A stretch of DNA of 63,740 bases, filler included, from Octopus bimaculoides (lineage: Eukaryota), in NCBI RefSeq assembly GCF_001194135.2. It is 11 parts of 11 records of this genome, joined end to end, with 100 filler letters (N's around TTAATTAATTAA, not from the genome) between each part and the next. Parts side by side here need not be neighbours in the genome. Positions count along the whole stretch, not along the records: positions 1 to 4,418 come from NC_068991.1; positions 4,519 to 7,394 come from NC_068989.1; positions 7,495 to 12,811 come from NW_026419335.1; 8 more parts are not named here. One strand, written 5' to 3'. Each line of letters opens with the position of its first letter. Position 1 is the first letter of the stretch. Under the pieces are notes generated by a model. It saw only the letters and a program-made list of their open reading frames with translations. It searched no databases and was not told the origin of the DNA. Both the position numbers and the translations under genes were made by a program. Shown piece by piece: positions 1-12,742 of the stretch.

Positions 1-199
1 TATATATATATATATATATATGCGTGTGTCTTTGTGTGTATGTGTGTTTGTGTGAGTGTGTCAAAACGAATGTGACAACAGTAGAGCTGACCAATAGAGA
101 GTGTAGGCGTGGCTGGTAGTCCACAGGAGAATGAGATAATGGCAGAAGAAAATCATCAATAGAAATGAACTAGATAAATACAGCGACATTTACATTTAT

Positions 200-549
200 G
201 TCACTATAGCATTTTACATACACACGCACGTATATACGCGCGTATACTCCACGCCACATACATACATACATACATATATACATGCATACATACATACATA
301 CATACATATATACACACACACATACATACATAATACATACATACATACATACATGCAAACATGTACATATATAGACATATATATCACGCACACACACATA
401 TATATTTGTACTTCCATTTGTACATATATGTATATTAAAATATTTATATACATATGCATGTGTATATACATATATACAGTTCTAAATGTATCTATAGGAA
501 TGCAAAATATAATTTTATAGACATACACGCAGACACACATATATTTGTA

Positions 550-587
<38 letters not shown>

Positions 588-950
588 CATATGCATATAT
601 ACACACATATATATATATATATATATTCACACATATATATGTGCATATATATATATGTATATACATGTGTACACATACTTGTATATATATATGTATATGC
701 ATATCTATGTAAACATTTGTATATATATATATATNNNNNNNNNNNNNNNNNNNNNNNNNNNNNNNNNNNNNNNNNNNNNNNNNNCAAATGTTTACATAGA
801 TATGCATATACATATATATATACAAGTATGTGTACACATGTATATACATATATATATATGCACATATATATGTGTGAATATATATATATATATATATGTA
901 CGCATATGCACATATATATATTTATATACCATTGTGTGTCTGTGTATGTG
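200..950. repeat. Complex (TA)/(CA)/(TACA)n microsatellite
   Basis: Direct inspection; explains the Y/I/H/C/V/M-rich ORFs in the track. Confidence 0.95.
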
Positions 951-2404
951 TTGTAGTGTACTTGCAAGCATGCTGGTAGTTTTATCAAAAGCCGATCTCA
1001 TCAAATAGCTTACCATTTAACTCCTTAGCTACTCATAGTTCTACGAAACTGTAACCCTAGTGCCAAGGACATAGAACATAGCATCTCATTCTTGCGTTAT
1101 AGCTGAAGCTAATATGCGAAACCAAAGATAGCTGTAATCTCTGCAATGACGCTCCAACTATTTTCATTAACAACTTGCTCTTCCTTGTTCTTTGGTTTGT
1201 ACTTTCACTTTAGAAGCCTCTAAGGGAAAATACACGTGCTAACTATATCTTACTGCGGAAAAGTACGCTCTGATCTCATTAACAGAACGAAAAACGTCCA
1301 TTTTATGAATGTTGACTCTGACTTCGACCATTCTGCACACAAGTAGCAAACGTATCTATGCAGTACGTCAAGTAATCATAACTGCTGCCACCCGTTCCTG
1401 AACAGTTGCTCTGTTGTCCTTGCCGAATGCTAGCTCGAGATGGACGGGGCTGGGTGAATTTTACTTAAAACGTTTGCATTCTGCTGTGTGGACACCCCCA
1501 GGCGAAGAAGTAGGATCTCCTAAGACATATAAATAGAGGTAGCCTGGCCGTAGTAGGTGCGTTGAGTTAACAGTCGAGTCGCAGTTGTGTAGCGGTTGAG
1601 TAGAGATCATCCGAAGGTGCTAGATAGTAGTAGCTTGAGACAATCATATCTCTATTCGGAACATGGTACAAAAATTTCCTGTGCTGAACATGCAAACGTA
1701 ATTACTTTAAATTTAAGTTGTTTTCCTTGAATCTGTTTAATAATCCATATTGACTTTCCAAGACAAAGACATCTCAAACAACAGAACGTTTTATTAAAGC
1801 AGTGAGGCAATGCTCTTGTTCCGAGCATCTTGTATTTATTGCAATGTATATGTTCTGTTGACGAGCGCTTCTTTAAAATCAGTCACTATCTAGCAGTCAT
1901 TAATATTTCCGCCGTTCATATGTCTGAGTCATAGCTTTAATATATTTACGCTTGTGCATTGTTTATTGTTTTTTCTCGCTCTGCTTGCTGAAGACAACAT
2001 GATACAAATTGAGTTCGATTCAGACGTCTTTGAATTTGATGGATTGCTTTTATACTGTATCCGTAATCTTTTGACTTCTTACTTTTTCCTCGTTTCAGAT
2101 AATGGACTGCAGCTGTACTGCATTACTGCGATCCTAGTACTATTTTTAGTGCGATATATTCTGTCGGTCTCATAAGCCCAACAGTTACATTACGAGAAAG
2201 TAAACAAACCAACACCGGTTTTCAAGTGGTGGTGGGGAATCACAAACACAGAAACGCACACTCATACACATATATATGCATACATAAGTCCATAGATACA
2301 TACGTACATACATATATACATATATACATATGTGCGTGTGTGAGTTTGTATGTGTGTGCGTGCATATATATATATCTATACGTATATGTATGTATGTTTG
2401 GCCG

Positions 2405-2500
2405 CCTACACATTTTTCTGCAAAATAGGGGTAGCTTATCCTGTTCAGGCTATATTATTAGCATTATCCTGCGTTTGATACGTTCATCGTATTTTGAATT
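2405..2500 (+). mobile_element. Short 3' fragment of the Tx1/L1-type LINE also found at 24580-25186
   Basis: Shares aggggtagcttatcc(t)tgttcaggctatatt(a/g)ttagcattatcctgcgtttga with about 24958-25010. Confidence 0.7.
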
Positions 2501-2532
2501 TGATATATATATATATATACATATACATATAC

Positions 2533-2912
2533 GCAATGGCCCAGTGGTTAGGGCAGCGGACTCGCAGTCGTCAGATCGCGGTTTCGATTGATTCCAAGAG
2601 CGAGCGTTTTGAGTGTTTTTTGAGCGAAAACACCTAAAGCCCCACGCGGCTCCTGCAGGGGATGGTGGCGAACCCTGCTGTACTCTTTCACTACAACTTT
2701 CTCTCACTCTTACTTCCTGTTTCTGTTGTACCTGTATTTCAAAGAATCAGCCTTGTCACACTGTGTCACGCTGAATATCCCAGAGAACTACGTTAAGGGT
2801 ACACGGTGTCTGTGGAGTGCTCAGCCACTTGCACGTTAATTTCACGAGCAGGCTGTGCCGCTGATCGGATCAACTGGAACCCTCGACGTCGTAAGCGACG
2901 GAGTGCCAACAA
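2533..2912 (+). mobile_element. tRNA-derived SINE family C
   Basis: A-box-like tggcccagtggttag and B-box-like ggtttcgatt, followed by about 330 bp of GC-richer body. Confidence 0.7.
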
Positions 2913-3383
2913 TATACACACACAAACATATATATATATATATATACGACGAGCTTCTTTAAGTTTCCGTCTATCGAATCCACTCACAAAGCTTTGGCCA
3001 GCCCGAGGCTATAGTAGAAGGCATTTGTCAAAGGTGCCTCGTAGTGGGATTGAACCCGGAACCATGTGGCTGGGAAGGAAGCTTCTTAACACGCAACCAC
3101 TTCTGCAGCTATATGTGCAGAATTTATGTGTTGGAGCAATGGGTCACGATTTTTTACCTTCAAATGTGAAATGATTTTCTTTGTTGAAAGAAACAAAACA
3201 GGCATGTTTTAGTTGAAAGCCATGATCATCGCTCTGTGGTTATCACAAATTCAGTTTGGATTTTAGCGTGAGCTGTGTACAGAGAATATAAAAAGAATGC
3301 TCACTGAAAAACATACATCCATACATATAAAGATACACAAATATATTTACACACACATGCACGCACATACACAAACGCACATA

Positions 3384-3444
<61 letters not shown>

Positions 3445-3525
3445 GTATGTATGTATATATGTAAGTATCTGTATGTATATATAAATATCTATCTATCTAT
3501 CCATCTATCTATCTATCTATCTATC

Positions 3526-3556
<31 letters not shown>

Positions 3557-4462
3557 ATATATCTATCTATATCTATATACACGTATGAATGTATACTTTA
3601 GCCAATAAAAAAATGTGATGTTTATGAAAATTTACAGCGTTACAATGACTGGGAGCACGAAGAGGAACGGCTACTCAATCTGGAGACTCAGACCGAACAC
3701 TTGCAACCGAGTAGACTCTGTTAAAAGCAGTCAGCGTACCAAATGGTGGGGTTAAACTAGTCTTGTGGATGAGTGAGAGTGTACGTACGCATATATATAT
3801 TTTCAGCATATCCATATACATGTATGGTTATATATAATATAATAGATACATGTGTCTATATACATACATATAAATATACATACATATAAATATACATACA
3901 TATACATACATATATATATATATATATACATATACACATATACATATATGCATACATGCATCCATGTATATATTCATATATGTTTTTTCTAAACAAAAAT
4001 AGATTATTCAATACATTCTGTACAGTGTATAATTATATTTATAATTATAAATAAATGTATATCCTGAAGAAGAAAATCAAATTATATCCCGATGCAAATA
4101 TCAGTTTATGTGACTGAAAGAGTGCATAGCATAGAAAATGATGCCATAACAAATGGATTAAATTACACAATAATGCAAAGACAGAGAACTAGACCAATAC
4201 ATTGGGTAAAACGTATTTTGAAGCCAATTATAATTCTGTTATAACTTCTGCCTGAATGCACTTAGATTCAAGAAGCATGAGTTAATTATCGCCCCTGTTT
4301 GTTTGACAGAAAATTACGACATCCGCATGGTGGTCCTTTATCAGAAAAAAACCCAAAAAAAAACAAGACACACTCACAGACAAGCAAGAGAGAAGCCACG
4401 GGCTGCTCCCCATATATANNNNNNNNNNNNNNNNNNNNNNNNNNNNNNNNNNNNNNNNNNNN

Positions 4463-4474
4463 TTAATTAATTAA
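4463..4474. other. Artificial scaffold linker TTAATTAATTAA; also at 7439, 12856, 25639, 31277, 48530, 55717, 58302, 60666 and 62578
   Basis: Ten identical 12-mers, each centred in a 100-bp N block (44 N on each side where counted); stops in all six frames. Confidence 0.95.
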
Positions 4475-4959
4475 NNNNNNNNNNNNNNNNNNNNNNNNNN
4501 NNNNNNNNNNNNNNNNNNGAGAGTGAGTGTGATGCGCTGAAAAAAAGAAAGAGAGAGAGAACAGTACTTGGAGTGTAGTTTCATTCCAGTAGTAACTATC
4601 CGTGTAAAGTAATCCTTGTGGGAATTTTCCGGAGATAGTTGCTGCAGCAAAGGCTGAGATAGCAGAGGTGTATATATTCCATATTGTGTCCGAGGTATAT
4701 TGCTTGTGTTTACTTGAAGGATGCCCAAGTCAAGTGAGAAATGTGCGTAGGGTAAGTAGGTCAAGTCTTGAAGACAGAATGGGAAGGGGATAGAGGAAAG
4801 ATTCAGGTGGAGAATGGTAGTGGTATATTTTTATGGTCAGTTGATCTGACTGGATAGAGAGGATGAGTATAGTGGTGGAAGAACTTGTGTGGTCCAATGA
4901 TTCCGAGAGCGATGCCTTCTGGAGTCTTAGACTCCTGGTAGGGCCACCCAGAGGACGAG

Positions 4960-6425
4960 GTCTCAAACTAAACACGACCAAACAGCAACAAGACCCCAAC
5001 GACGAAGCAAGCAATCAAGCTCCCATGTATTGACCCCGGTGGAAGAGGGCAACGTCTGGCGGGCAGGTGTGACAAAGGCGGATAGACTCCGGCAGCTCGC
5101 TGCAACCAGCCTCAATTCTTGAGCCGCAGTGGAGAAGTTCCTGGCCAAGTGCGTGCGCGTGGCCGTCGCGCAGCCATGATCACCTCAAACAATTTATTTA
5201 CTCAGCGACTGGCTTCGTCTTTGAGTCTCAAAAAAAAAAAAGAAAGAAAGAAAAATCCCAATGCCGATGGTATCGCAGGCGCCGGAGGCAGGTCTGGAAA
5301 GTTGGAAGCGTCTAGTCCGTGACCACACACTGGCGGCAAATCTTAGATGGTCGCTCTCCAATGAATAGTCGTGATATTGGAGTTCGGCAACTGGACTCGT
5401 GACTGGGCTGGCCTCTTTAGGATTACTGCAGCCCACCCCTTAAGGGAGAGCTCCTAGAAAAGGTGAGGTAAACATCGGACACGACAACACGATCTGGTCA
5501 GCATACTGCGGCTGGCGGACTTCCCACTCAGCGGTCGGAACTCTACTTCTACTCATCCATCATCGACTACTAAATCCTTTGTCTCACAACCTCTCACTTT
5601 CGGAGATTAGAGTGACATTAATCGTCCGGAGCGACGTACAGCCCTCGTCTGCAAGGAACTTGCCCGCTTTAACATCGACGTGGCAGCCTTGAACGAGACT
5701 AGGCTTCCTGGAGAAGGCAGCATCAGAGAAGCTGGGTCCAAATACACCATTTTTTGGAAGGGGAAGAATCCTAACGAACCACACATCCATCAAAACGAAA
5801 CTCGTGGACCAACACAGACTCGTTCCAACTGCTGTCAGTGAGCGCCTGATAACTGTTCAGATCCCGCTCATTCGGGACAGATACCTTATGCTGATTTCTG
5901 TGTACGCCCCCACCCCCACATCTGAAGACGACGTCAAGGCCTCGTTCTACAACCTGCTGGACCATCCAGACAGTCACCGTGCATGACAAACTCGTCGTGT
6001 TGGGGGACGTTAACGGCAGAGTCGGCAGTGACCATAGTCTGTGGAACAGCATTCTTGGTCATCACAGCATTGGGAAATGCAATGCCAATGGCTAGCTCCT
6101 CTTGGGCCTTTGCGTCGAGCACGAACTCGTCATCACCAACTCCCTATTTCGTCTCCCTACCCGGCAAAAGACGACCTGGAAACACCCAGAGTCTAAACAC
6201 TGGCACATCCTCGACTACGTTCTGACAAGATCCAAGGACAGACGAGATGTACACATCACCTGCTCCATACCTGGTGCAGATGGCTGGACGGATCACCGCC
6301 TTCTTATTTCTCGCATTGGCATCAAGGTCCACCGTCCACCAAAGCGGGTCTCAGCAAACATCCTTTGCCGACGCTTCGACTGCGCCAAACTCCGGAACTC
6401 ACAGGCATCCCAAGACTCCAGAGAA
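4960..6425 (+). mobile_element. RTE-clade LINE (BovB-like) 5' portion: putative 5' UTR plus decayed AP-endonuclease domain
   Basis: From about 5590, across frameshifts: [67 protein letters not shown]. Assignment of 4960-5590 as 5' UTR is less certain. Confidence 0.85.
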
Positions 6426-6568
6426 TCCAGAGAATCCATACATACATATATATGTATGTATATGTGCGTATATATATGTATAGGTATGTATATATGTATA
6501 TATATGTGTGTGTATGTATATATCTATATATATATATATATGTATATATATGTACATATATATACATA

Positions 6569-6618
<50 letters not shown>

Positions 6619-6814
6619 CATATATACATACGTATATATATATGCGTGTGTGTGTGTATGTATTTTTATTTATTTATTGGTTTCAGCCAAGTGGCTGTGG
6701 TCATGCTGGAGCACNNNNNNNNNNNNNNNNNNNNNNNNNNNNNNNNNNNNNNNNNNNNNNNNNNNNNNNNNNNNNNNNNNNNNNNNNNNNNNNNNNNNNN
6801 NNNNNNNNNNNNNN

Positions 6815-7394
6815 AGAACTAGGCCTCCTACTTAGATTGACATATGACGATGTATATCTAGATAAGTACGACCTTAGAGATTTCTGCCCTAGTAGACGTT
6901 TAAGAGGTAGACCACCCACAATTACCTCTATGGCTAGGAAGACTCCGATAGAGAGATGGAGTGGATGGACCAGAGCCGTACGGACCCCCGCTAATATTCA
7001 TCAGGTAAAGAAAATGATCGCATATGCACTAGGAGCTAGTATAAAGGTTACCCTAAAAGGCCACACATTTAAGTTTAACAACAAATTATACGCCCAGGAC
7101 GAGGGGGCAGCCATCGGTGTTAGTATCGCCGGTGATGTGGCCAATCTCTTCATGGTGTGGTGGGACAGAAGGCTTAAGGAACGCCTGACACAGAACTCCA
7201 TACTCGTGAATATGTACTCTCGATATGTCGATGATATCAACTTAGTGGTAAAGACACCCCGACAAGAGAGTACTCTTGAAATAGAAATAGAAACTAATAC
7301 TATGGAGAGCATCCAGCAAATAGCTAACTCCATCCACCAGAGTATTAAAGTTACGATAGACTACCCTACTAAACACCCTAACCATAAATTACCT
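6815..7394 (+). mobile_element. Penelope-like element reverse transcriptase fragment, open frame bounded by gaps
   Basis: HTFKFNNKLYAQDEGAAIGVSIAGDVANLFM, YSRYVDD and DYPTKHPNHKLP; no stops over about 193 codons. Confidence 0.85.
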
Positions 7395-7723
7395 NNNNNN
7401 NNNNNNNNNNNNNNNNNNNNNNNNNNNNNNNNNNNNNNTTAATTAATTAANNNNNNNNNNNNNNNNNNNNNNNNNNNNNNNNNNNNNNNNNNNNATATAT
7501 ATATATATACCTATGTGTGCATATATATGCATGTGTATATCTATGTGTGCATGTAAATATGTGTATATATATATATATGTATGTATGTGTGCATGTAAAT
7601 ATGTGTGTATATATATGTATGTATGTGTGCATGTAAATATGTATATATATATGTGTATGTCTGGACGCGTGCGTATCTACATGTGTGCTGGCATGTCTAC
7701 GTTCGTGTATATATACATCTATG

Positions 7724-9342
7724 CAGGGGTTGGACAAAATAATGGAAACGTATCATAATTTTGAAATATCTAAAAAAAAACGTCAAAAGCTTGTTCTTTT
7801 TTATGTATTTTGATTTATTCTTAGTGTTGCTTAATATGTTTTGCTAAAATTGCTGTTGCTTTTCAGATATCAGNNNNNNNNNNNNNNNNNNNNNNNNNNN
7901 NNNNNNNNNNNNNNNNNNNNNNNNNNNNNNNNNNNNNNNNNNNNNNNNNNNNNNNNNNNNNNNNNNNNNNNNNNNNNNNNNNNNNNNNNNNNNNNNNNNN
8001 NNNNNNNNNNNNNNNNNNNNNNNNNNNNNNNNNNNNNNNNNNNNNNNNNNNNNNNNNNNNNNNNNNNNNNNNNNNNNNNNNNNNNNNNNNNNNNNNNNNN
8101 NNNNNNNNNNNNNNNNNNNNNNNNNNNNNNNNNNNNNNNNNNNNNNNNNNNNNNNNNNNNNNNNNNNNNNNNNNNNNNNNNNNNNNNNNNNNNNNNNNNN
8201 NNNNNNNNNNNNNNNNNNNNNNNNNNNNNNNNNNNNNNNNNNNNNNNNNNNNNNNNNNNNNNNNNNNNNNNNNNNNNNNNNNNNNNNNNNNNNNNNNNNN
8301 NNNNNNNNNNNNNNNNNNNNNNNNNNNNNNNNNNNNNNNNNNNNNNNNNNNNNNNNNNNNNNNNNNNNNNNNNNNNNNNNNNNNNNNNNNNNNNNNNNNN
8401 NNNNNNNNNNNNNNNNNNNNNNNNNCTTAGTGTTGCTTAATATGTTTTGCTAAAATTGCTGTTGCTTTTCAGATATCAGAAAAAAGGTAATTAATATTCA
8501 TTAAAATGACAGATCTATCACACTTTCAAAGAGGTCAAAATGTTGGTGCTTGTATGGCAGGTACTAGCGTAATGAAAACAGCTGAAATGTTTGGTGTATC
8601 AAGAAGTACTGTCTTAAAAGTAATGACAGCCTTTAAGAAAGAGGGAAAAATCTCCTCCTCAAAACAAAGCTCCAGAAAACCAAAACCATCAGATATGGAC
8701 CATCTAAATCTTATGCGAATTGTTAGAAAAGATCACAAAAGTTGAGCTCCTAAAATTACTGCAGAGCTCAATGACCACCTCGAGAACCCAGTTTCCACAA
8801 AAACTGTTTGCCAGGAGCGGCACAAAGCCAGATTTCACAGGGTGGCTGCAATGAGAAAACAACTACTTTCAAAAACAAGCGTTGCAAAACGTCTAGAGTG
8901 GAGTAAAAACCTACAGAATTGGTCCCTATAGCAGTGGAAGAAACGTATTTTCTCGGATGAGTCATCCTTTACTGTATTTCTGACCACTGGTTAAGTATAC
9001 GTGTGGAGACAGCCAAAAGAAGCATTTGACCCAGACTGCATTCTTCCAACTGTTAAACATGAAGGAGGATCAGGGATGATCTGGGGGGCTATGTCTTAGA
9101 AATCCGCTGGTTTCCCTTCATGGCAGAATTAATCTGCAAGACTGTTAAAGCATTTTATCTGATCACATTCATCCTATGATTGCTAAACTGTTTCCAGAGG
9201 GAAACACTATCATTCAGGAGGATAATGCACCAATTCTCATAGTTCAAGTTGTAACTGAATGGCACGAGGAATGTACAAGTGAAGATGAACATCTTTTCTG
9301 GCCACCACTGTCTCCAGATCTTAATATTATGTCCAACCCCTG
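7724..9342 (+). mobile_element. Tc1-family DNA transposon, decayed, with 3' internal deletion
   Basis: Left end caggggttggaca (7724) and right end tgtccaacccctg (ending 9342) followed by TA. Pseudo-ORF 8506-9330 has an HTH region, FSDES, QEDNAP and WPPLSPDLN, with stops and frameshifts. Confidence 0.92.
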
Positions 9343-10271
9343 TATGTGTGTGTATGTATATATATGTGCATGTATGTATATATCTGTATATGTGTATGTA
9401 TCTATGTATGTGCATGTATACATCCGCATATGTGCATGTGTGTGTACATCTGCATCTTTGCATGTGTACATCCACATTTGCATGTATATGTACATCTGCA
9501 TGTGTGCATGTATGTATACATCTATGTGCATCTACACATATCTGTGTGCATCTATATATGTAAACCTATGTGCATCTATACATGTATATATATATATGTG
9601 TATATGTATATACATGTGTATATATATGTGTGTGTGTATATATGTATGTATATNNNNNNNNNNNNNNNNNNNNNNNNNNNNNNNNNNNNNNNNNNNNNNN
9701 NNNNNNNNNNNNNNNNNNNNNNNNNNNNNNNNNNNNNNNNNNNNNNNNNNNNNNNNNNNNNNNNNNNNNNNNNNNNNNNNNNNNNNNNNNNNNNNNNNNN
9801 NNNNNNNNNNNNNNNNNNNNNNNNNNNNNNNNNNNNNNNNNNNNNNNNNNNNNNNNNNNNNNNNNNNNNNNNNNNNNNNNNNNNNNNNNNNNNNNNNNNN
9901 NNNNNNNNNNNNNNNNNNNNNNNNNNNNNNNNNNNNNNNNNNNNNNNNNNNNNNNNNNNNNNNNNNNNNNNNNNNNNNNNNNNNNNNNNNNNNNNNNNNN
10001 NNNNNNNNNNNNNNNNNNNNNNNNNNNNNNNNNNNNNNNNNNNNNNNNNNNNNNNNNNNNNNNNNNNNNNNNNNNNNNNNNNNNNNNNNNNNNNNNNNNN
10101 NNNNNNNNNNNNNNNNNNNNNNNNNNNNNNNTATATATATATGTATATGTATATATATGTGTATATATATATATGTGTGTGTGTGTGTATATATATGTAT
10201 ATATATGTGTGTGTGTGTGTGTATATATATATATGTATATATGTGTGTGTCTGTGTATATATATGTATATA

Positions 10272-10324
<53 letters not shown>

Positions 10325-10339
10325 ATATATATATATATA

Positions 10340-10382
<43 letters not shown>

Positions 10383-10415
10383 ATATATATATATATATGT
10401 GTGTGTATATATATA

Positions 10416-12742
10416 CAGAAGGTGACCAGCTTGGAGGAGAAGGGTCTGGAAGCTCAAAGATCCTGCGAAAGGACAGAGATTTATCGACTTATTACTTGAA
10501 GCCTTTGATGAAATACAGGGGGATGTAGCTTCGCACAATGTAGAAGACAACTGGACATTTCTATGGGACAACCTGCTGAGGGCCACTGACCAGATCTGTG
10601 GATGGTGCAAAGTCCCCTCTCGACCCAAAATAATGTGGTGGTGGTGGAACAATATTGTTGACAGGGCAATTAGGGAAAAGAAACAGGACTGGAAGAACGG
10701 TGGTAGCAGGGAATTGTATCAGACTGCCAGAAGGGAAGCTAGGCGACAGGTTTATTTAGCCAGAGGGGAAGCAGATACGAAAAAGTTTGTCTATGTTCTG
10801 CGCCGTGAGGACCAAAGACTTGAGATATTTCATGTTGCAAGACAGTGTGTGAGAGACAATCGTGATGTCGTGGGAGAGAAATGTGTTCGCATGGATGATG
10901 GTATGCTTGCACTAAACGAGGCTGCAAAGAAAGAGGTTTGGAGATGCCACTACGAAAGATTGCTCAATAAAGAGAATGAATGAGAGAAAGAGAGTCTGCC
11001 GAATGTCGACCCAACTGAGGGACCAGAAGGAGTCATACCCAATGACTGGTGTAGCAGCACCATAGTCAACTGCTACAAAGGTAAAGGTGACACTTTAGAT
11101 ACAAATAATTACAGAGGTATCAAGCTGTTAGATCAGGTAATGAAAGTCACGGAGAGGGTCATAGCCCAACTACTCAGGGAGCGGGTCAGTTTAGATGAGA
11201 TGTAGTTTGGGTTCGTGCCTGGGAAAAGCACCAATGAAGCTATATTTCTGGTAAGACAGCTTCAGGAGAAATACCTAGCCAAGGATAAACCTCTGTACCT
11301 GGCTTTCGTTGACATGGAGAAAGCCTTTGACAGGATCCCCCGATTCCTCATCTGGTGGTCAATGAGGAAACTAGCGATAGAAGAATGGTCAGTGAAAGCA
11401 ATGCGAGCCATGTACAGTGATGCTGTCAGTAAGGTGAGGGTTGGCAATGAGTACAGTGAAGAATTCCGGGTAGAGGTAAGAGTTCACCAAGGTCTGTCCT
11501 CAGCCCCCTCCTATTTATCATAGTCCTCCAGGCTATAACAGAGGAATTCAAGACAGGATGCCCCTGGGAGCTCCTCTATGCTGATGACCTTGCACTAATT
11601 CCTGAGTCACTATCAGAACTAGAGGAGAAGTTTCAGGTGTAGAAGCAAGGACTAGAATCGAAGGGCCTTAGAATCAACCTAGCTAAAACCAAAGTCCTAA
11701 TTAAGTAGGAAGGTCAAAAAATCACAAGTAATTTTAGGTAGATGGCCCTGCTCGATCTGTAGAAAAGGCGTAGGTAGAAACTCCATAAGATGCACCCAGT
11801 GCAAGCTATGGACACATATTAAAGGAAGGTTAACAAGGAAGTTAGTTTTTGTATGTAGCAGATGTTCAGGAGCTATAAACACTGTAAATGTGCAGAAAAC
11901 AACTTCTGCCACATTCCAGGGAGAAAAACTAGAAGTGGTTGATAGCTTCTGCTATTTAGGTGACCGAGTTAGTAGTGGGGGAGGGTGCGCTGAAAGTGTA
12001 GCTGCTAGAATAAGAATAGCCTGGGCAAAGTTCAGAGAGCTCTTACCTCTGCTGGCGACAAAGGGTCTCTCTCTCAAAGTAAAAGGTAGACTGTATGATG
12101 CATGTGTACGAACAGCTATGCTTCATGGCAGTGAAACATGGGCCGTGACTGCTGAAGACATGCGTAGGCTTGCAAGGAATGAAGCCAGTATGCTTCGATG
12201 GATGTGTAATGTCAGTGTGCATACTAGACAGAGTAGAGAGAAAAGTTGGACCTAAAAAGCATCAGTTGTGGTGTGCAAGAGAGACGATTGCGTTGGTATG
12301 ATCATGTGGCGAGAATGGACGAGGATAACTGTGTGACACACCCTAGCAGTTGAGGGAACCTGTGGAAGAGGTAGGCCCAGGAAGACCTGGGATGAGGTGG
12401 TGAGGAACGACCTTCGAACATTGGGCCTCACCGAGGCGATGACTTCTGACCAAGACCTTTGGAAATATGCTCTGCGTGAGAAGACCCGGCAAGCCAAGTG
12501 AGACCTAAATCCAGGGGTATAGCCAGCCCACTTATGTGTACCTTCCCTTCGTTGGACACTAAACCCCGCTTGCAAAGACCTATCGAGGCAAGTGAAATCG
12601 AAATTGTACTCAATTCGACGACTGGCACCCATGCCAACGTCGTCTCCTTCATTGGACACGGAACTCAGCTTGCGAAGACCTGTTGGGGCAAACAAAAGCG
12701 AAATCGTGACAGCACCTGTGTCCAGTGTCGCCTTTCTGGCAC
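10416..12742 (+). mobile_element. RTE-clade LINE, truncated at both ends: linker, RT, PHD-like finger, C-terminus and part of the 3' UTR
   Basis: NYRGIKLL, FGFVPGKST, AFVDMEKAFD, LLYADDL, MLHGSETW, GRGRPRKTW; stop at 12499-12501; several in-frame stops and frameshifts. Confidence 0.95.

Larger units (their letters stand above)
2213..3112 (-). mobile_element. tRNA-derived SINE family B copy, split by insertions in its internal microsatellite
   Basis: 2213-2260 and 2944-3112 match the two halves of the complete copy at 30383-30806. Confidence 0.7.

Noticed and set aside
170-1016. Long Y/I/H/C/V/M-rich ORFs here and at 6.2-6.8, 9.2-10.6, 17.1-17.6, 20.8-21.3, 54.6-55.4 and 60.7-62.6 kb
   Set aside because: Translations of (TA)/(CA)/(TG) microsatellites and N runs, not proteins.
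2533-2600. tRNA-like sequence (also the heads of SINE A, B and D)
   Set aside because: A and B boxes are present but no complete cloverleaf; each continues into a SINE body.
4519-4960. Minus-strand ORFs 4471-4764 and 4730-5014
   Set aside because: No recognisable domain; probably decayed repeat sequence next to the RTE.
6102-7442. 446-aa ORF that appears to fuse an AP endonuclease to a Penelope RT
   Set aside because: It reads through a microsatellite, a SINE tail and a 100-N gap; these are two unrelated elements.
9176-10528. 450-aa ORF joining the Tc1 transposase end to downstream sequence
   Set aside because: Read-through of microsatellite and Ns into an out-of-frame RTE fragment.
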